A DNA stretch of 64,000 nucleotides from Squalus acanthias. Its lineage: Eukaryota. The number at the start of each line of letters is the position of its first letter. Position 1 is the stretch's first letter. The notes beneath the pieces are model-generated. The model saw only the letters and a program-made list of their open reading frames with translations, made no database searches and had not been told where the DNA came from. The DNA is taken from positions 14,882,001-14,946,000 of the forward strand of contig CM059432.1 of assembly GCA_030390025.1 (NCBI GenBank), read 5' to 3'. Below, one piece after another: positions 63,031-64,000 of the stretch. The position numbers and the translations under genes were made by a program.

Positions 63031-64000
63031 CCCGATCACCCTTACCGAAAACCCTTCTTTCGACCATTAATTTTCTGTAAAAAGTGTAAAGCAGTGGCCT
63101 TGGTGATGGCTCTTGCTGAGGTTCTCTGGTACCTTCCCATAAAGGCCATCATCACGTGTGAGATCCTTCCCTCTCCCCATGGTATTGGACCATGGAGTGA
63201 GGGAACGGGGGTTGGGAAGGAAATCACAGCCAAGCTTATTCTTCTCCCAGTGTTTTGAAGTCATTTTTAAAAGAGAAAAGTAGAATTAAAGTTAATTCAA
63301 CAAAACCTGATGTCCATACAATCTGCAGGTGAATTGGATAGTAGGTGGAGAGGGAAAATCAAACTGGTTTCTATTTCTATTTGACCTGCTGAGTGTTGTC
63401 CAGCATTTGTTTTTAATTTCAGATTTCCAGCATCTGATGTATTTTGCTTTTCTGCTCCTGTCTCTTTTAAATACTTTTCATTCTGGATTTTATCATCTCT
63501 GGGGGGGGGGGGAAGAACAAAATGGCAATAGAACAGATCGAAGTAAATAGCAATTAAGAGACAGCAACAGCCCTGTTTTATATCAGGGAATTTAACATTT
63601 ACAGATGCAGAGGGGGAGTCACTATCATTATGCACAGGGTGAAAAGTATAGAATCATAGTATCACAGAATGGTTACAGCACAGAAGGAGGCCATTCGGAA
63701 CGTCGACCCGTGCCGGCTCTCTGCAAGCGCACTCCAGCTAGTCCCACTCCCCCCGCCCTTTCCCCGAAGCCCTGCAAATTTTTTCCCCTCAGGTACTTAT
63801 CCAATTCCCTTTTGAAAGCCGTGATTGAGTCTGCCTCCACCACCCTCTCAGACAGTGCATTCCAGATCCTAACCACTCGCTGCATAAAAATGAGATCAAG
63901 TCTGATCTGCGACCTAACTCCACATACCTGCCTTTGCCCCATATCCCTTAATACCTTTGGTTAACAAAAATCTATCAATCTCAGATTTAAAATCAATAAT

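Noticed and set aside
49562..64000. Preceding PTPRM exon (APSMP...GAPVS); exon-like segment at 63045-63230 ending in a GTAAG donor
   Set aside because: No PTPRM-like translation found; the 63 kb segment resembles nothing I recognise.

Overview
Repeat-rich vertebrate genomic DNA, most likely a cartilaginous fish (shark-type CR1, L2, Penelope, SacSINE1-like and Harbinger repeats; this is inference, not a database hit). The whole window appears to lie inside one minus-strand gene, receptor tyrosine phosphatase mu (PTPRM). I read four GT-AG exons directly: 274 nt (fourth FN3 domain with the furin site), 37 nt, a 75-nt alternative exon, and the 136-nt transmembrane exon. The flanking exons were not found and probably lie outside the window. 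The introns hold layered, often nested mobile elements: a near-full-length Penelope-like retroelement (RT plus GIY-YIG) carrying minimal hammerhead-ribozyme motifs, near-intact CR1 RT fragments, Harbinger transposase and Myb relics with MITEs, a split Vingi-like LINE, SINEs and a 32-bp minisatellite. I see no evidence of a prokaryotic-style novel system. The best leads are (1) a 9-nt neural-type microexon candidate just after the TM exon, (2) a 13-nt frameshifting microexon candidate, a competing acceptor and a poly(A)-signal-rich minisatellite upstream of the TM exon, each of which could give TM-less PTPmu, and (3) hammerhead-bearing Penelope termini, including a perfect 96-bp palindrome with a 15-bp TSD. 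Exon coordinates are base-resolved; repeat boundaries are approximate.
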